Positions 23,273-36,690 of a stretch of DNA of 64,000 nucleotides are shown here, piece by piece. Where the stretch lies: contig NC_092344.1 of the NCBI RefSeq assembly GCF_963676685.1, positions 82,584,001-82,648,000 on the forward strand, given 5' to 3'. The stretch is from Mytilus edulis. Lineage: Eukaryota. The translations under genes and the position numbers were made by a program. A model generated the notes under the pieces. That model made no database searches. It was not told where the DNA came from and was given only the letters and a program-made list of their open reading frames with translations. Numbering within the stretch: the stretch's first letter is position 1; each line of letters starts with the position of its first letter.

Positions 23273-26200
23273 TTCTTGCATTTCATAATAAAATAAAGTT
23301 CATATAAAGACTGAAACAAATAATGTTATTTTGCCAATAATTATTTTCACAAAGAATTATATAAACATTATATCTCCTGAATATTCATCGCAAGGAATTG
23401 ACTTTTGCACTTGACATCACTGATTCCTAATTGATATGTTTAAGTCCTTTGAACAAACCGAATGTGAGGTACGATTTCGTATTGTTGACGGTCTTTACCA
23501 ACATTTGATATTTTTCTCCCGTGTATGCACCACCGGCTAACGAAATATAAGATAACCAAAACTATCTGAGGTAAAATGCTTAACAATGAGTATCAAGTTT
23601 GACCGAAGTTTCTCATTATATCATTATACTTAATATGAGAAAATCAGTCACTACTTCTTCTGATCCTGTTCTGTAAAGATAACATGACAAATAATAGACC
23701 TTTCCTTATTTGATGCAGTAAAAGAATGTATTTTGGAAAATGACGATTTAATGTAATGAAATGAAATGATTGATATGTTTAGGTTAATTTTATTAATTAA
23801 TAATGAGCATCATATCAAGGTAAAACCAAACAACCTGAGGGAATTGCATGAACTCCAAAAGTACGGGGGCCGAATGTATATTAGCATGGACAAGCGTCTC
23901 CTGCCATGCATGTATCATCCACCAATAAATTATCGCATCGTTGTAAATATAACGGAATTTGATGAGACTGTCGTACAAATTGAGAGGTTTAGCGATTTAA
24001 AACCAGGATTAATCCACCATTTTCTACATTTGATTTTGCCTGTACCAAGTAAGGAGTATGACATTTGTTGTCTTTTCGATGTTGATGTGTTTTGTCATTT
24101 GATTTTGCCATGTGATTAGGGACTTTCCGATTGAATTTTTCTCTGAGTTCAGTATTTTGTGATTTTACTTTTTAAAACACTGTAAGCGTGTCACAATTAG
24201 AAATTCGACACAATAAGAAAGTTATGGATTAGACTACATTTTGAAATCTAAAGATGTTTATGTCACAAGAGAGTTGAGACACAGACATATATGTGATGGT
24301 GACTATAACATTGGTGTAATATAACAATAAGGAGATGTGGGTATGATTGCCAATGAGACAACCATCAATCAAGATTCAAATAAAGTAGACCTAAGCCATT
24401 ATCGAAAACCGTACGGACTTCAACAATGAAAGTTCGTCATACCGTATCGTTGGCTATCTAAGGCTACTACATGAAAAATATGAAACAATTCAATTTTGAA
24501 AATTAAACTGAACTGAACTACAGGCTCATGACTTGGGACAAGCACATATAGAATGTGGCGGGGGTTCAAACTGGTATAGTGGCACCATAACCTTCCCCTA
24601 ACCTGGGACCTTGGTGTAACAATACAACATACGAACAAACTATAAAAAAAAACAATTGAAAAATGATTAATATTAATAATTTGATATTAGCCATGAAAAC
24701 ATAGGCTGCGCTAATTAAAATCCAAAAACTCACTACAAACACGATCAAAGTGAACGAATTGTCATGTATAAACACCAAAGGAACATCACCATTTAAAAAA
24801 AAAACGGAAAATTAACAAAAATGTCGATTTCATTCGTTCCTCGATAACTTTGTTTGAGTATATGGTTTTTTGTTAGTAGACCACCCGCTGTTAATGTAAA
24901 GTCCGTATAGTCTTGAATAAAATGAAATATGTTTACACCAAAGGATATGGGAATTTGAAAAATGGAAAGTTTCAATAATAACGTATTCATAGATAGAAGG
25001 GTGTTATCCATTCGTTTGATGTGTTTGAGCTTTGATTTTGCCATTTGATTAGAGACTTTCCTTTTTGAATTTTCCTCCTCGGAGTTCTGTATTATTGTGA
25101 TTTTACTTTCGTCCCTCTGTGTCAATATCGAAGAAAAGATCAAGATATAAAATAACCTTCTGGTTTTGGTATTTTCTTTAATCTCAAATTCACTGGATGT
25201 ATGAGATGCAATATCTCACGTAAATGTGTTCATTTTGTGAAAGTACATTATAAAAGAGGGGCGAACGATACCAGAGGAACAGTCAAACTCATAAATCGAA
25301 AATAAACTGACAACGCCATGGCTAAAATTAAAAAAAAAAAAAACAGATGAACAGACAAATAATAGTACACAAGAAACAACATAGAAAACTAAACACTAAA
25401 TAAGTATATTTAAATAAGGTAAGTAAAATAACAAAAATGACGAACTCCAAGGAAAATTTAAAACAAAAGTCCTTTATCAAATAGCACAATCAAAAGCCCA
25501 AACACATCAAATGAATGGAAAACAACTCTCGTCTTTCCGACTTGGTGAAAATATTAAACAAGATGGACTTTTGTCTTTTGAGAAAGCTCTATATGCCTTC
25601 TATTTCATATCAGTACAAAAAAATGTCAACTAGAAGGGTGCACAATTAACACATAATGTAAAATCGACTGTCTGTTGAAATATCATTTGACCATCTAAAA
25701 CATATATTGTCGATCAAAACGTCCGGTGTATTTGTTGATAATGTCTCTATTATCGATGCTCATAAAGTCAAATTCATTTCTAATTTACTCTAAAACTATA
25801 TGTGAAATGATTTGCAGGTAACAGTTGCGTACAAAATAACATCGCAAGAAATTGAAATGATTTAAAGTGGTAATATACACGCATGATGTTATGTTTGATA
25901 AATTGATCACTGAAACCTAGTTACACCACTGGTTTTTTTTCTCATCAGTATTCCAACATGCAATCATTATATCCTATAGAATATTGGAACAAAATCGAAA
26001 CAAATCATCAACTATTGGGAAGATCAGAATATATGTTTACGCAAAAAAAAACGCTAAAAACCACATACTCTTAAAAAAAAATCCAATCACATCTTGCTTA
26101 ATATTTCATACGAGTACAAAAAAATGTCAGCGAGATTGGTGGAAAATTAGTACAAATTGTAAATCCGACTGTATGTTCATATATCTCAAACATATATTGT

Positions 26201-26588
26201 CGGTCAAAACGCGCGGTGTTTTTGTTGAATATCGCAGTTGCTGCCAAATTGTTCGTTTCTATGCATTTTAGTGTTTGTTTTTGTTGCACCTCTGTGTTCC
26301 TGTTGTTCCTCTGTTTTCCTCTTACGCTTGGTGTGTTTCCCTCGGTAACTCGGATTCGTTTTCTCTCAATCGAATTATGACTTTTGAACAGCGATATACT
26401 ACTGTTACCTTTATTCATTATGAAATGTTTCTTTTGAAATCCTTATCATATTATATTTTTAATATGACCTAGTTTTCATCCATAGTTGACATTAGTTTTC
26501 CATTTAGAATGGTTTTGAATTAATTTTACAATTGGAGACCTGATGACTTTGTGAGATATCATGTGATTTGCCATTTGCCATTAAATCC

Positions 26589-26849
26589 CAATTATATGGT
26601 CATTTTTATAAATTTCCTGTGACAAAACTTTGAATTTTTAGAAAAAAATAAGTATTTTCTTTTCCCAGGAATATATTACCTTAGCCGTATTTGGCACAAC
26701 TTTTTGGAATTTTGGGTCATCAATGCTCTTCAAATTTGTACTTGTTTGGCTTTATACAAATTTTGATCTAAGCGTCACTGATGAGTCTTATGTAAAAGAA
26801 ACGCGCGTCTGGCGTATTAATTATAATCCTGGTACCTTTGATAAGTATT
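26589..26849 (+). mobile_element. Retrozyme-like monomer with hammerhead motif (26773-26814); catalytic boxes intact, stem II disrupted
   Basis: CGTCA-CTGATGA-GTCT-TATGT-AAAA-GAAA-CGCGC-GTC-TGGCG. Confidence 0.8.
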
Positions 26850-28443
26850 GCCATTTGATTCAAAGCACCAACAGAAAACAAACTTTACTATTTGGAGAAT
26901 TCTTTGAATAACCTTTTATGAGGCTTAATTTCGTACCCTACCAAATACTTATCGTACTTTAGTATTGGTAAAAAAAATCGACATCCTCTGTTAAGTTCAA
27001 CCACATTCATCAATATTTATAACTTCTTTTCGTTCGGAATATACATTTTACATGAAATAATAATCTAAACAGTTCATAATGAATGTTCATCCAGAAACAA
27101 ATTTCATACACACCTTAATTATAAATTGTAATTTTGATTTTCCATTTTTTATTCTTTTTTTATTTTAAACATTTTCTCTTACGCTCTCCTTTTAGATTTA
27201 GTGTGACATTGTAACATATGAAAGAATCGCACAGCCAGTAGATGAATCAGCTAACTAAAAATACAAATCCTCAGAGGGAATCACACAAACGAAACCGTCT
27301 TAAATCTAAACTAAAAAACTGACGGTTGATCAGACAAGACAATGATGTATGCACAGAAACTAAAAGATTTAAAGCTTAACATGGTCTAGCAAACTGTTTA
27401 CCAATTATTTGTGACGGAAGGGGTTTCAAATGAGTTGTTACTGCACTGACAAAATTTAAATGTCTGAGTCTTATATTTCAAGGATGAACACTTATTATTG
27501 TCTAATTTCGTCATACAGTGGACATTAATCAGTGTATTATTTCAATGTCAAAAATCTATAAATGGATTATAGCCACGCGTTCAGTTACGTACCATATGTG
27601 TAACGGGAGTTCGTTTTCCTTATGACTTCCTTGTCTTCCCGTTGTCTAACTACGTTCTGGGTTATTGGACAAGTAACTACGTATATAAAAAAGATGTTTA
27701 TTTAAAAAACATATATATTTGACCTATAATGGTTTACTTTTATAAATTGTGACTTTAATAGAGAGTTGTGTCATTAACACTCATACCACATCTTCTTATA
27801 TCTATATATGGTTTCAGAACACAAGTTTCCATACAATTAATATAATATAAAGGGCAGCTAGTCTACTTGTTGTATAACTAAGGTTCCATATCTGCAAGCC
27901 AAAGTATCAGCGTCTGCACATTTAAAATCCTCAGCGGTAGACTGTCCGGACAAGAATAATTACATTGCCGGTCTCGGGAGAAAGAATTACGGAGCTATAA
28001 ATAATACTAACATACACCTATTTCCCAAAATAAATAGAAATAAATAAAGGCAATAGTAGTATATCGCAGTTCGAAAGTCATAAATCGATTGAGAAATAAC
28101 TAATCCGGGAAACGCATCAAATATAAGAGGAAAACAACGAAACAACAGAAACACTAAAGTGCAACAAAAAACCAAACGACAATGCAACACACATAAAAAC
28201 GGACTATAAAATAATACACGGCATTTTTCTAACTTGGTACAGGACATTTTAAGAAAAATAGATATTGGGTTGAACCTGGATTTTTGGCTGGCCAAACGTC
28301 ATGCTTTTATTGCAAAGTAAAATATAACACTAAAATGACAACATAACATGACAGGACTAAAATACAAATAAATGGAAGAACATACAGGACAGAGAAATAC
28401 ACAAATAAACAATACTGTAACAATAAAACAATACGACATGCTA

Positions 28444-28727
28444 ATAGTTACTAAAGGTACCAGGCTTATGGTTTAATACGCCAGTCACGTGTTTTGTCTA
28501 CATAACATTCATCAGTGACGCTCAGTTCAAAATAGTAAAGAAAGCTAAACAAAGATGAAGAGCATTGATGACCCAAAATTCAAAAAAGTTGTGCCAAGTA
28601 CGGCTACGGTTATCTGCCTGGGATAAAAAAAAAAAACCTTCGTATTTAGCTAATATAACATTTCAAACAGTAAATTTATAAAAATATAATTGATATGCAT
28701 GTCAACACCGAAGTGGTTACTAACTAC
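28444..28727 (-). mobile_element. Retrozyme-like monomer, decayed hammerhead (28479-28520)
   Basis: Reverse complement CGTCA-CTGATGA-ATGT-TATGT-AGAC-AAAA-CACGT-GAC-TGGCG, plus the shared body (TAGCCGTACTTGGCACAACTTTTTTG). Confidence 0.7.
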
Positions 28728-29734
28728 AGAATAAAAACGAACCCCTGAAACAACCTAGGTCAGCCCATAAACAGCCCAGCCGAACCACGTATTGTATTTC
28801 ACCCGACTAGATAGACGAACAAAAGGCACAGGTAAAAAGTAAAATAAAAAAAATACTGAACTCCGAGGAAAATTTAAACATGTTAAAACGGCAAAGTCAA
28901 ATAAGAAAACACACCAAACAAATGGACAACAAGCGTCATATTCCTAAATTGGTGCATGCATTTTCAAATGTAGAAAATGGTAAATTTCGAAAATAAAATC
29001 CAAAAAATAAAATATAATTCAAGATTAGTTAAGTTATTATGATACTCGATGTATTTGATAATAATGAAAATAAGAATACTATTAATATAAAATTGTGCAT
29101 ATAATTAGATATTTAATTGTATTATCTAGCTATGTCGGCATTTCTTCTAAATCAAACTGTAAACCAGATACATCGTGTAAGAGTAGTTGCCCCAAACAAT
29201 AATCTTATAAATGAACTGGGTAATAACACACCGTTACATATGCATACACAATGTAACTATGTGTTCTTGAAGCATGTCTCGATTTGAAATGACAAATAAA
29301 GCTTTATAAGTTTCTCGTGATCATTCTTTTCGTTTAAACTTTGTTTGCTTATTTATTGTACTTACTATTTGAATGAATCAACAGGATGTAGATGTTTATC
29401 AAAATAAAAAAAGTAGCAAAGGTGACTAAGCGACATTGAGTCTCTCAGAGAGAAATGCGAAACAAACTGTGAAAAGTTTTGGTTTATTATTAATGGTCAC
29501 CACACTGGGTGCAATTATAAAGGCATTTACAGAAAATAAATTATGACAGTTTTTATTTTTTTAAACTAATATAAATAGAACATGAAGTGTTTTGCGTACA
29601 TTTGTTTTTAGTACCTCTATCTGTCGATCTATTTAAACCTTTTCCCTTGACCTCCAACAACAAAGTTGTAACTGCGATGCTGTGTACGTGGTTGGCGCTC
29701 GGTATTTTTGTTATTTTTGTCATTTTTATTTTTT

Positions 29735-29815
29735 ATGGAAATCTACTGCCGGATATAATTTTACTATATATAGTCGGGAAGAATTATTTGCTTTTATACT
29801 TATAGAATCTTAAAG
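29735..29815 (+). promoter_or_regulatory. Lysozyme 2 promoter / non-coding exon 1
   Basis: Homologous to 19513-19593: CTATATATAGTC TATA-like box, donor AAG|GTAAGC at 29815/6. The kappaB position reads ATGGAAATCT. Confidence 0.6.
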
Positions 29816-30311
29816 GTAAGCTAAATGTTTTAATTTTTAGATAATTTTTTTTATTATAAAAACTCGTTTTAGATAAAAAAAATTCTAAATAAAGAGTGTC
29901 ATTAATTTCAGATGTGCAACTATCATGGCTTAATATTATAAGGACAAATGTACAATTTGATTACATCTATCATGGCTTAATATTAAAAACAAAATTGCAA
30001 ATTGACTGCATCCATCATGTTATAATAATGCATACAAATACATTTCGTTTAACAATTTTATGTTCTTAGGAAAAACGATTCGGTTATATGATGCTGCCTT
30101 TATACAACTATTAAAACGTTTTAGAGTATCATCAAACTTTTTTGAAAATATATAATTAGATTTTTTCTAAGTACCATTTTGGCAAAATAAGGAAAATAGG
30201 AACATTATTTTTTAAAGTTTTTTTGTAGCAACGAATAAGAATCTGGGATTCATTTACTACGGTTTTTTTTACAATAGCCCTTTTTTGTAGCCTGAGGTCA
30301 GTGAATTCAAG

Positions 30312-30441
30312 ATGCATTTTTCGTATCCAATCTTACTTGTCTTGGCACTTGTGGGGTATTCCTATGGAGCTACTAAAACGAAGTGCCAAGTTGTACAAGC
30401 ACTACGCAATCAGAATGTACCAGACAGTGATCTAAGAGACT
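30312..30441 (+). CDS. LYZ: c-type lysozyme paralog 2, coding exon 1
   Basis: MHFSYPILLVLALVGYSYG-ATKTKCQVVQALRNQNVPDSDLRD. Donor T|GTAAGT. Confidence 0.93.
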
Positions 30442-31546
30442 GTAAGTATGATCAGCTGTTAATAGTCTTTGCAGATCGTATTACAATGTATCGGTTTTGA
30501 AAATTTTGAATCCATAATTTATTTTTTGAAACAGAGGCAAAATAGTTTCTTGTCGAGAACGATTTTCACAATATCAAAAATATGTTTGCTTATTCACTGC
30601 AAGTTCACGCTTGTTTGGAATCCGAAGTAAAATGAAAAAAAACAAAACTGAAGGGATAATTCAAAACGGAAAGTCTTATCAAATAACAAAATCAAAAGCT
30701 CGAATACATCAAATGCATTAAGAAACAACTGCTATATTCATAACTTGGTATAGTTATTTACTTATGTTAATAATGGTGGATTAAACCTAGTCGGTTATAG
30801 GTTAATGATATATATATCGATATTTTGATGCATTGCAGATCATATGACAATGCATTACCTTTTGGAATAATATTGTGATCATTCCATAAAAAGCAGAACC
30901 AGTACAGTTTCTTCCTGAAAACGATTTTCACACCATGAAAAGATGTACTTCCTTATTTACTACAATTTTGCACACAATTTGATACTGGTTTGATTAAAGT
31001 TTCTGATTTTGATATATATGCCGCCATAGAATTTCAAACTGTTTACTCTTGGAAAGATTTGCAATGAAAACGAGAATACAAAATGCAGCATATACAACAA
31101 CAAAAAACGTTAAATCATGACTAAGAGTGGATCAAAATTAATAATAATATATGCAATCTAAAAAATATATTTTCAGTTTGAACCACTCATGTTTCTAGTA
31201 GGACATGTTGTTTTAAAACATATTTAAACATTCAATTTGTCTGGCAGTATGTTATTGGAATGGCTCAACCCAATTGCATTGTGTGTATGTACCAAGTAGA
31301 TATAAGAAGATGTGGTATGAATGCCAATTAGACAACACTCCAATTTATAAAAGTAAACCATTACAGGTCAAAGTACGGTCTTTAACACGGAGCATTGGCT
31401 CACACCAAACAAACAGCAGACAATTTGGCTAATGTATTTGTCGATGATGTTGATGTTGGTATATCTGTTTATCGAAGGAGATATTAAGGTATTAATAAGT
31501 GGTGCGGTCTGCTGTACTGACAAATATATTTTATAATTCCTTTCAG

Positions 31547-31729
31547 GGCTGTGTTTAGTTAAACACGAAAGTAACTACAGATATGACGTAGTAGGTACAA
31601 ATTCTAATGGTTCGAAAGATTATGGTATTTTCCAGATGAACAGTAACTACTTTTGCGGAAGGCCAAGCGGCACTAGTTCCTCCACATGTTGGCGAGTTAA
31701 TACCTACGGCTGTGCCGACTCTTGCACCT
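31547..31729 (+). CDS. LYZ: c-type lysozyme paralog 2, coding exon 2
   Basis: [67 protein letters not shown]|..T|GTAAGT. Confidence 0.95.
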
Positions 31730-32523
31730 GTAAGTTCACCTTGATTTCTGCTAGCTATATAATCTATGGAAAGCATCAGTGAACTCTCCCATTATTATAT
31801 TATTTTTCCCATATGAAATAAATGACAAAAGAATAATTTGCGGCCTTAATCATATCTTGTGTAAACACATATCTGTTGAATGTATATCGAATTTTGGTCG
31901 GAACTTTAATATATGAATAACTATATCAAATTCGTTGTAACTAACGTCATAATATGCAAAGCACTTTTGTAGATTGTTAGTTGGATACATCTTTTTATAC
32001 CTATATGTGCATATATTTCTTAAATTTTCAATTTGATATAACGGGTATAAAGAAAACAGCACTATATTATTTTTAAGCAATCGAAGCGCTTTTTTTTTAT
32101 ATTTTCCTTACCCAGGAACTATCAAAGCCGAATATTTTGAAGGCGTTGATGTATAAGAATCGAAAGGGTTGAAGCGCACCTGCCGTATAAAATTCATACA
32201 GTGCTGTTTGCATTTAAACCCTGTATACAAAATTGAACATTTAAGACATATGAGTAAAAAATATATATGACCAAAAGAACCTAAAAATGAAAGCCGAATC
32301 AATTACTCGAATCCATCAACGATCAACTTCACCTACGGTAGATTAAACCTCAGTTAAATGATAGTTGATAATTTATAATTGGAGATTTTTTTAGAAAGCT
32401 TAGTTGTAAATCATGTCAGTACTGAAGTATTGACTACTGAGCTGATGATACCATTGGGGATTGATAGTCCACCACCAGCAGTACAGATCCAGGAATGTAT
32501 GTGTTTTTTGTTTCTCGTTGCAG

Positions 32524-32599
32524 CATTCACTAACTCGGACATATCAAACGATGCAAATTGTGCTGTTAGGGTTAAAAATTGTGGTGGTTTTGGAAAATG
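32524..32599 (+). CDS. LYZ: c-type lysozyme paralog 2, coding exon 3
   Basis: SFTNSDISNDANCAVRVKNCGGFGKW. TTGCAG|..TG|GTAAGT. Confidence 0.95.
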
Positions 32600-33042
32600 G
32601 TAAGTTTGGGTATATACTTTACTTTGAGGTGGTAATAAAACTGTGTACTTAACTTTTCATATAGTGATCCTGATTTATGAAATATACTCGGCCTGATCGC
32701 GAATTTCAAATTGGATCTGTTCGATGTCTTATATTACATGCGCCACGAAAACAATTCTGTTTGTATTTGTCTTTTCTTTTTATTATCACGTACTAGTATT
32801 CAATTTTATTTTAATCAAACATTTTCAACGTTAATCTATTATCAAAATACATTTAAAAATAATTAAGGGCTTTCCAATCATAATGTAGATGTAATGCACG
32901 CAGAGATACAATTGTGTTTTAGAACTACAATAACTTTATAACCAATACAATACGTTTCCATCGATATATTTGTTATGTTACATGCTTGTCTATTGATTGC
33001 AATGCTGCATGAATTTCTCATCTTGGATGTCTGTTTTTTCAG

Positions 33043-33106
33043 GTATGGTTGGAGAAATCACTGTTCCAATGTCCAGGGTTCAGAATACGATTACAGTACA
33101 TGTTAA
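33043..33106 (+). CDS. LYZ: c-type lysozyme paralog 2, last coding exon (150-aa protein total)
   Basis: YGWRNHCSNVQGSEYDYSTC* (TAA 33104-33106). AATAAA at 33126. Confidence 0.95.
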
Positions 33107-33421
33107 ATAGTTTTTGACATTCCACAATAAAATCGCATTCGAAAGATGACGAAAAGAAATCATTCTTTTATCAAATAGTTGTTTAGCAGACTTATATAAA
33201 ATTGTATCTCCCGCATATTCATCACATGAAAGTGTGATTTTGTTCATGCACTTATACAATTCTCCCAAATTTATATTTTCTATTAATTCTTTGAAACAAC
33301 AAAATGTGTGATACAATTTCTCATTGTAAACTGTCTGCAAAATCCACAATTAATGTTTTCTATATATTTTTTTCTCGTGTGAGCACCGGATTGAGAATCA
33401 CAATACTATAGTCGCCGTCAG

Positions 33422-33957
33422 CTGAAATTCGTAGCGGTTATCGGTAAAAATAATCTAAACTATCAATCACGTTCACTCGAGATATAGTTTTTAACATTCC
33501 ATTCATAAATCGCAAAAAGAAAAACCACTACTGACCTACATTTTAAGTGATCGCACTGTAATAATCCTGACCTTCACATTTTCATAGACGATTTTGAATG
33601 GTGGAATCCGCCATTGTTTTTACCGGAAGTGTTTCCGTGGAGTTCAATTTCATAAAATTTGCATAAAGCGCGGGAAACCTTATCACATTAATGAAAAGAA
33701 CATTTCAGGAAACTGCGTAAATGACGAATGTCATATGTAAACAAATGATCCTCATAGAAACGAAGATGGCGGAATTACAATGGAAAACATTCTGGAAAAT
33801 GTGAAGGTCAGGATTATTACAGTGCGATCACTTAAAATACAGGTCAGTATTGGTTTTTCTTTTTGCGATTTATGAATGGAATGTGAAAAACTATATCTTG
33901 AGTGAACGCGAGTAATAGTTTAGATTATTTTTTACCGATAACCGCTACGAATTTCAG
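33422..33957. mobile_element. MITE with ~190-bp terminal inverted repeats
   Basis: CTGAAATTCGTAGCGGTTATCGGTAAAAA..CCGCCAT is mirrored by ATGGCGG..TTTTTACCGATAACCGCTACGAATTTCAG. No clear TSD. Confidence 0.85.
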
Positions 33958-36499
33958 TAAACAATAAACGTTTCAAGTTTACAGAATAAACAAGTGCCTG
34001 TCCCAAGAAAAGAACTTATTACCTTTCTTACTCTTGTGTTATATATATATATTTTTGGTTCATTTATAAGTTTGAGAGTTGAGTGCGGTGTTCATTTGCT
34101 GAACTAGTATACATTATTGTTTATGGGTCAGTTGAAGACCGCTTCCGTGTGCGGCATTTTCTCTGTGTGTTGAAGACCCATTAAATTTTGTGGTTTTGAT
34201 CTGGGTTTTTTTATCTTTGGTCGGGTTGTTGTCCCTTTAACACATTTTCCGTTTTATTCTCAATTCTAATATTTAAAATAAATAAGTTGTAGTGACTAAC
34301 CGACACACTAAAATTATATCACAATATAAGCGAGAATATCTAGATTCCAGAAATAGTTTTTCCTTTAAAAACGTCTTACGTATATAAGGAATACATCTCC
34401 CTCGTGAAAAGCTCTGGTGATTCCTTGTCCGGCTACGGCTACACTTTTTTTGGTTCTTTTTTGGATGCTTGCTCTTCATCTTTTCAATAAGCTTTAGAGT
34501 TTTAAATGTTTTGGTTTTCGACAATCACTGAAGATATATTTATTGTCGCAGTGTCCATATTATGCAGGTAGTTGGTTGGCCGTTATATGGAATAACCGTT
34601 TCACAAATGATATCGGATATGTTCCTTACGTCGTAACTACAATTCCCTTTCCTTTCATGAATGATACCTACCGAATTAGACTATTTACCGGATTTGTTAT
34701 CACATACATTATGATAACACGACTTGTGGAGCAGGATCTGCTTACCCTTCTGGAGATCGCCCCTGGTTTTTGGTGGGGTTCGTGTTGTTTATTCTTTGGT
34801 TTTCTATGTTGTGTCATGTGTACTATTGTCTGTCTGTTTGTCTTTTTCATTTTTAGCCATGGCGTTGTCAGTTTGTTTTAGATTTATGAGTTTGACTGTT
34901 CCTTAGGTATCTTTCGTCCCTCATTTAGTAAGTTCTGGTAATGTTCTTACATTTTATTCCTAATTTTCCCTTCAAAGAGTTTTTAATGTTAGACGGTTTT
35001 AAGTTATGATTCTTATCAAGTTACCAGAGTATACACAGAGGAAAGGTGATGAACATACCAGTAAAAATAAACGTCTTGACTGTTTGTTTTAGTAATGAGT
35101 AAAGCATGTGCGAAAGTTAAGGAATGAAAATAAGGAGATGTGATGTGATTGTCAATGATAGAATTATCAACCAAAGTTCATATGTAGTAGATGTAAGCTC
35201 ATATAGTGAGTGTCAAGCTAACAAATTAAAAACAACAGTAGTTTATGGACTTTCCCTTTTGAATTTTTCCTCGGAGTTCAGTATTTTAGTTATTTTACTT
35301 TTTACAGATGCTCAAGTTTCATAAATCCATAAAAAGGATACTAGTACAAAAAATAAAGGCAACATTAGTAAACCGCTGTTCGAAATTCATGAATCGATTG
35401 AGAAAAAACAAATCCAGGTTACAAACTAAAACTGGGGGAAACACATCAAATCTAAGAGGAGAACTACGACACAACAAAAACACATCATTAAAATGTAACA
35501 CACACAGAAACGAACTATAATATAACAATGGCCATTTTTCTGACTTGGTACAGTACAAATCAGATTCAGAGAAAAACAACAACAAAAAACTGAGGAAGTC
35601 ACAATAACTATAAAAGTAGCGAGACAGGATGCGTCAACACTGCGCGCATTGCTAGCAACGCGGATATTTATTCAGTCAACTGAATGTCACAATCGGAGAT
35701 AAGACACTAAAGATAAATTTACAGAAACAAAGAGACAATTTTCTGTAACCTAAGGAAAACATGTCACTAGTGAGTTCAAACACAGACCCATAGTATCAAT
35801 AAACCAATTTGTGATGGTGCCCGAAAGAATGATAATGAAGTTATAAATGTATACGCCATATGATATGTTGATGCTGTGAAATGGAAAGTTGATATCATCA
35901 TGTGTGTCATAGATAATCATTTATATTATCAAAATCTTCAGAAATGTACTGTCATTGTATTCGCCGACAGCTTTTCGGTATGCTGTAAAACCGTACAATA
36001 CAAATGCGAGAGAACAACCGTGGTGAAAGAAAAAATAAACACACGTAGAAGTTAGACTAATCTTAATACACCAAATCAAGGACGTATATAAAGTTACAAA
36101 TATTTGACCCAACCATTTGACAACTGTTATATAAAAGTTGTTTTAACATAGAAAAATAAATAAAAAAATACATATAGAAAAAAAAATCAAAAAAATCGCT
36201 CCATTGCATCATGCCTATCATCACCCTTAATTTTCACTTGCTCCAAATAATTCTATGTTGATTGTAATTAAGATAACGTTCGGTAAACTTTGGCAATAAA
36301 GCACGAAAGTTGATTAGTAGGCAAACCTCTCACTAATAAAATAGGTTTTGTCAATTATCCGTGATAAATGCAAAAAATAAATCGGTTCAATCATTTTCTT
36401 AGCGTTATAATTTCAAGATTTGGTTTGGTATAAGTTAAAATTCGTCCCTCTGTGTAAATATCGAGGAAAAGATAGAGAGGTTAAACAGACCTTTGATTC

Positions 36500-36690
36500 T
36501 GCAATATTCTTAATTTCAAGTTCACAAGGATGTAATAGAAGTTAATGAATGACAGGACCTGCTCAGTATATCTTCAGATATACTGATGAAGATATACTGA
36601 GTATGTCCTGTCATTCATTAACAAGAGTTTAGTATTACTTAGTGCTTGCTTCTATTACATCCTTGTAAACTTGAAATTAAGAATATTGCA
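36500..36690. repeat. Nested palindrome / long hairpin
   Basis: Outer arms 36500-36541 and 36649-36690. Inner arms GTTAATGAATGACAGGAC..CTCAGTATATCTTCA and TGAAGATATACTGAG..GTCCTGTCATTCATTAAC. Confidence 0.85.
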
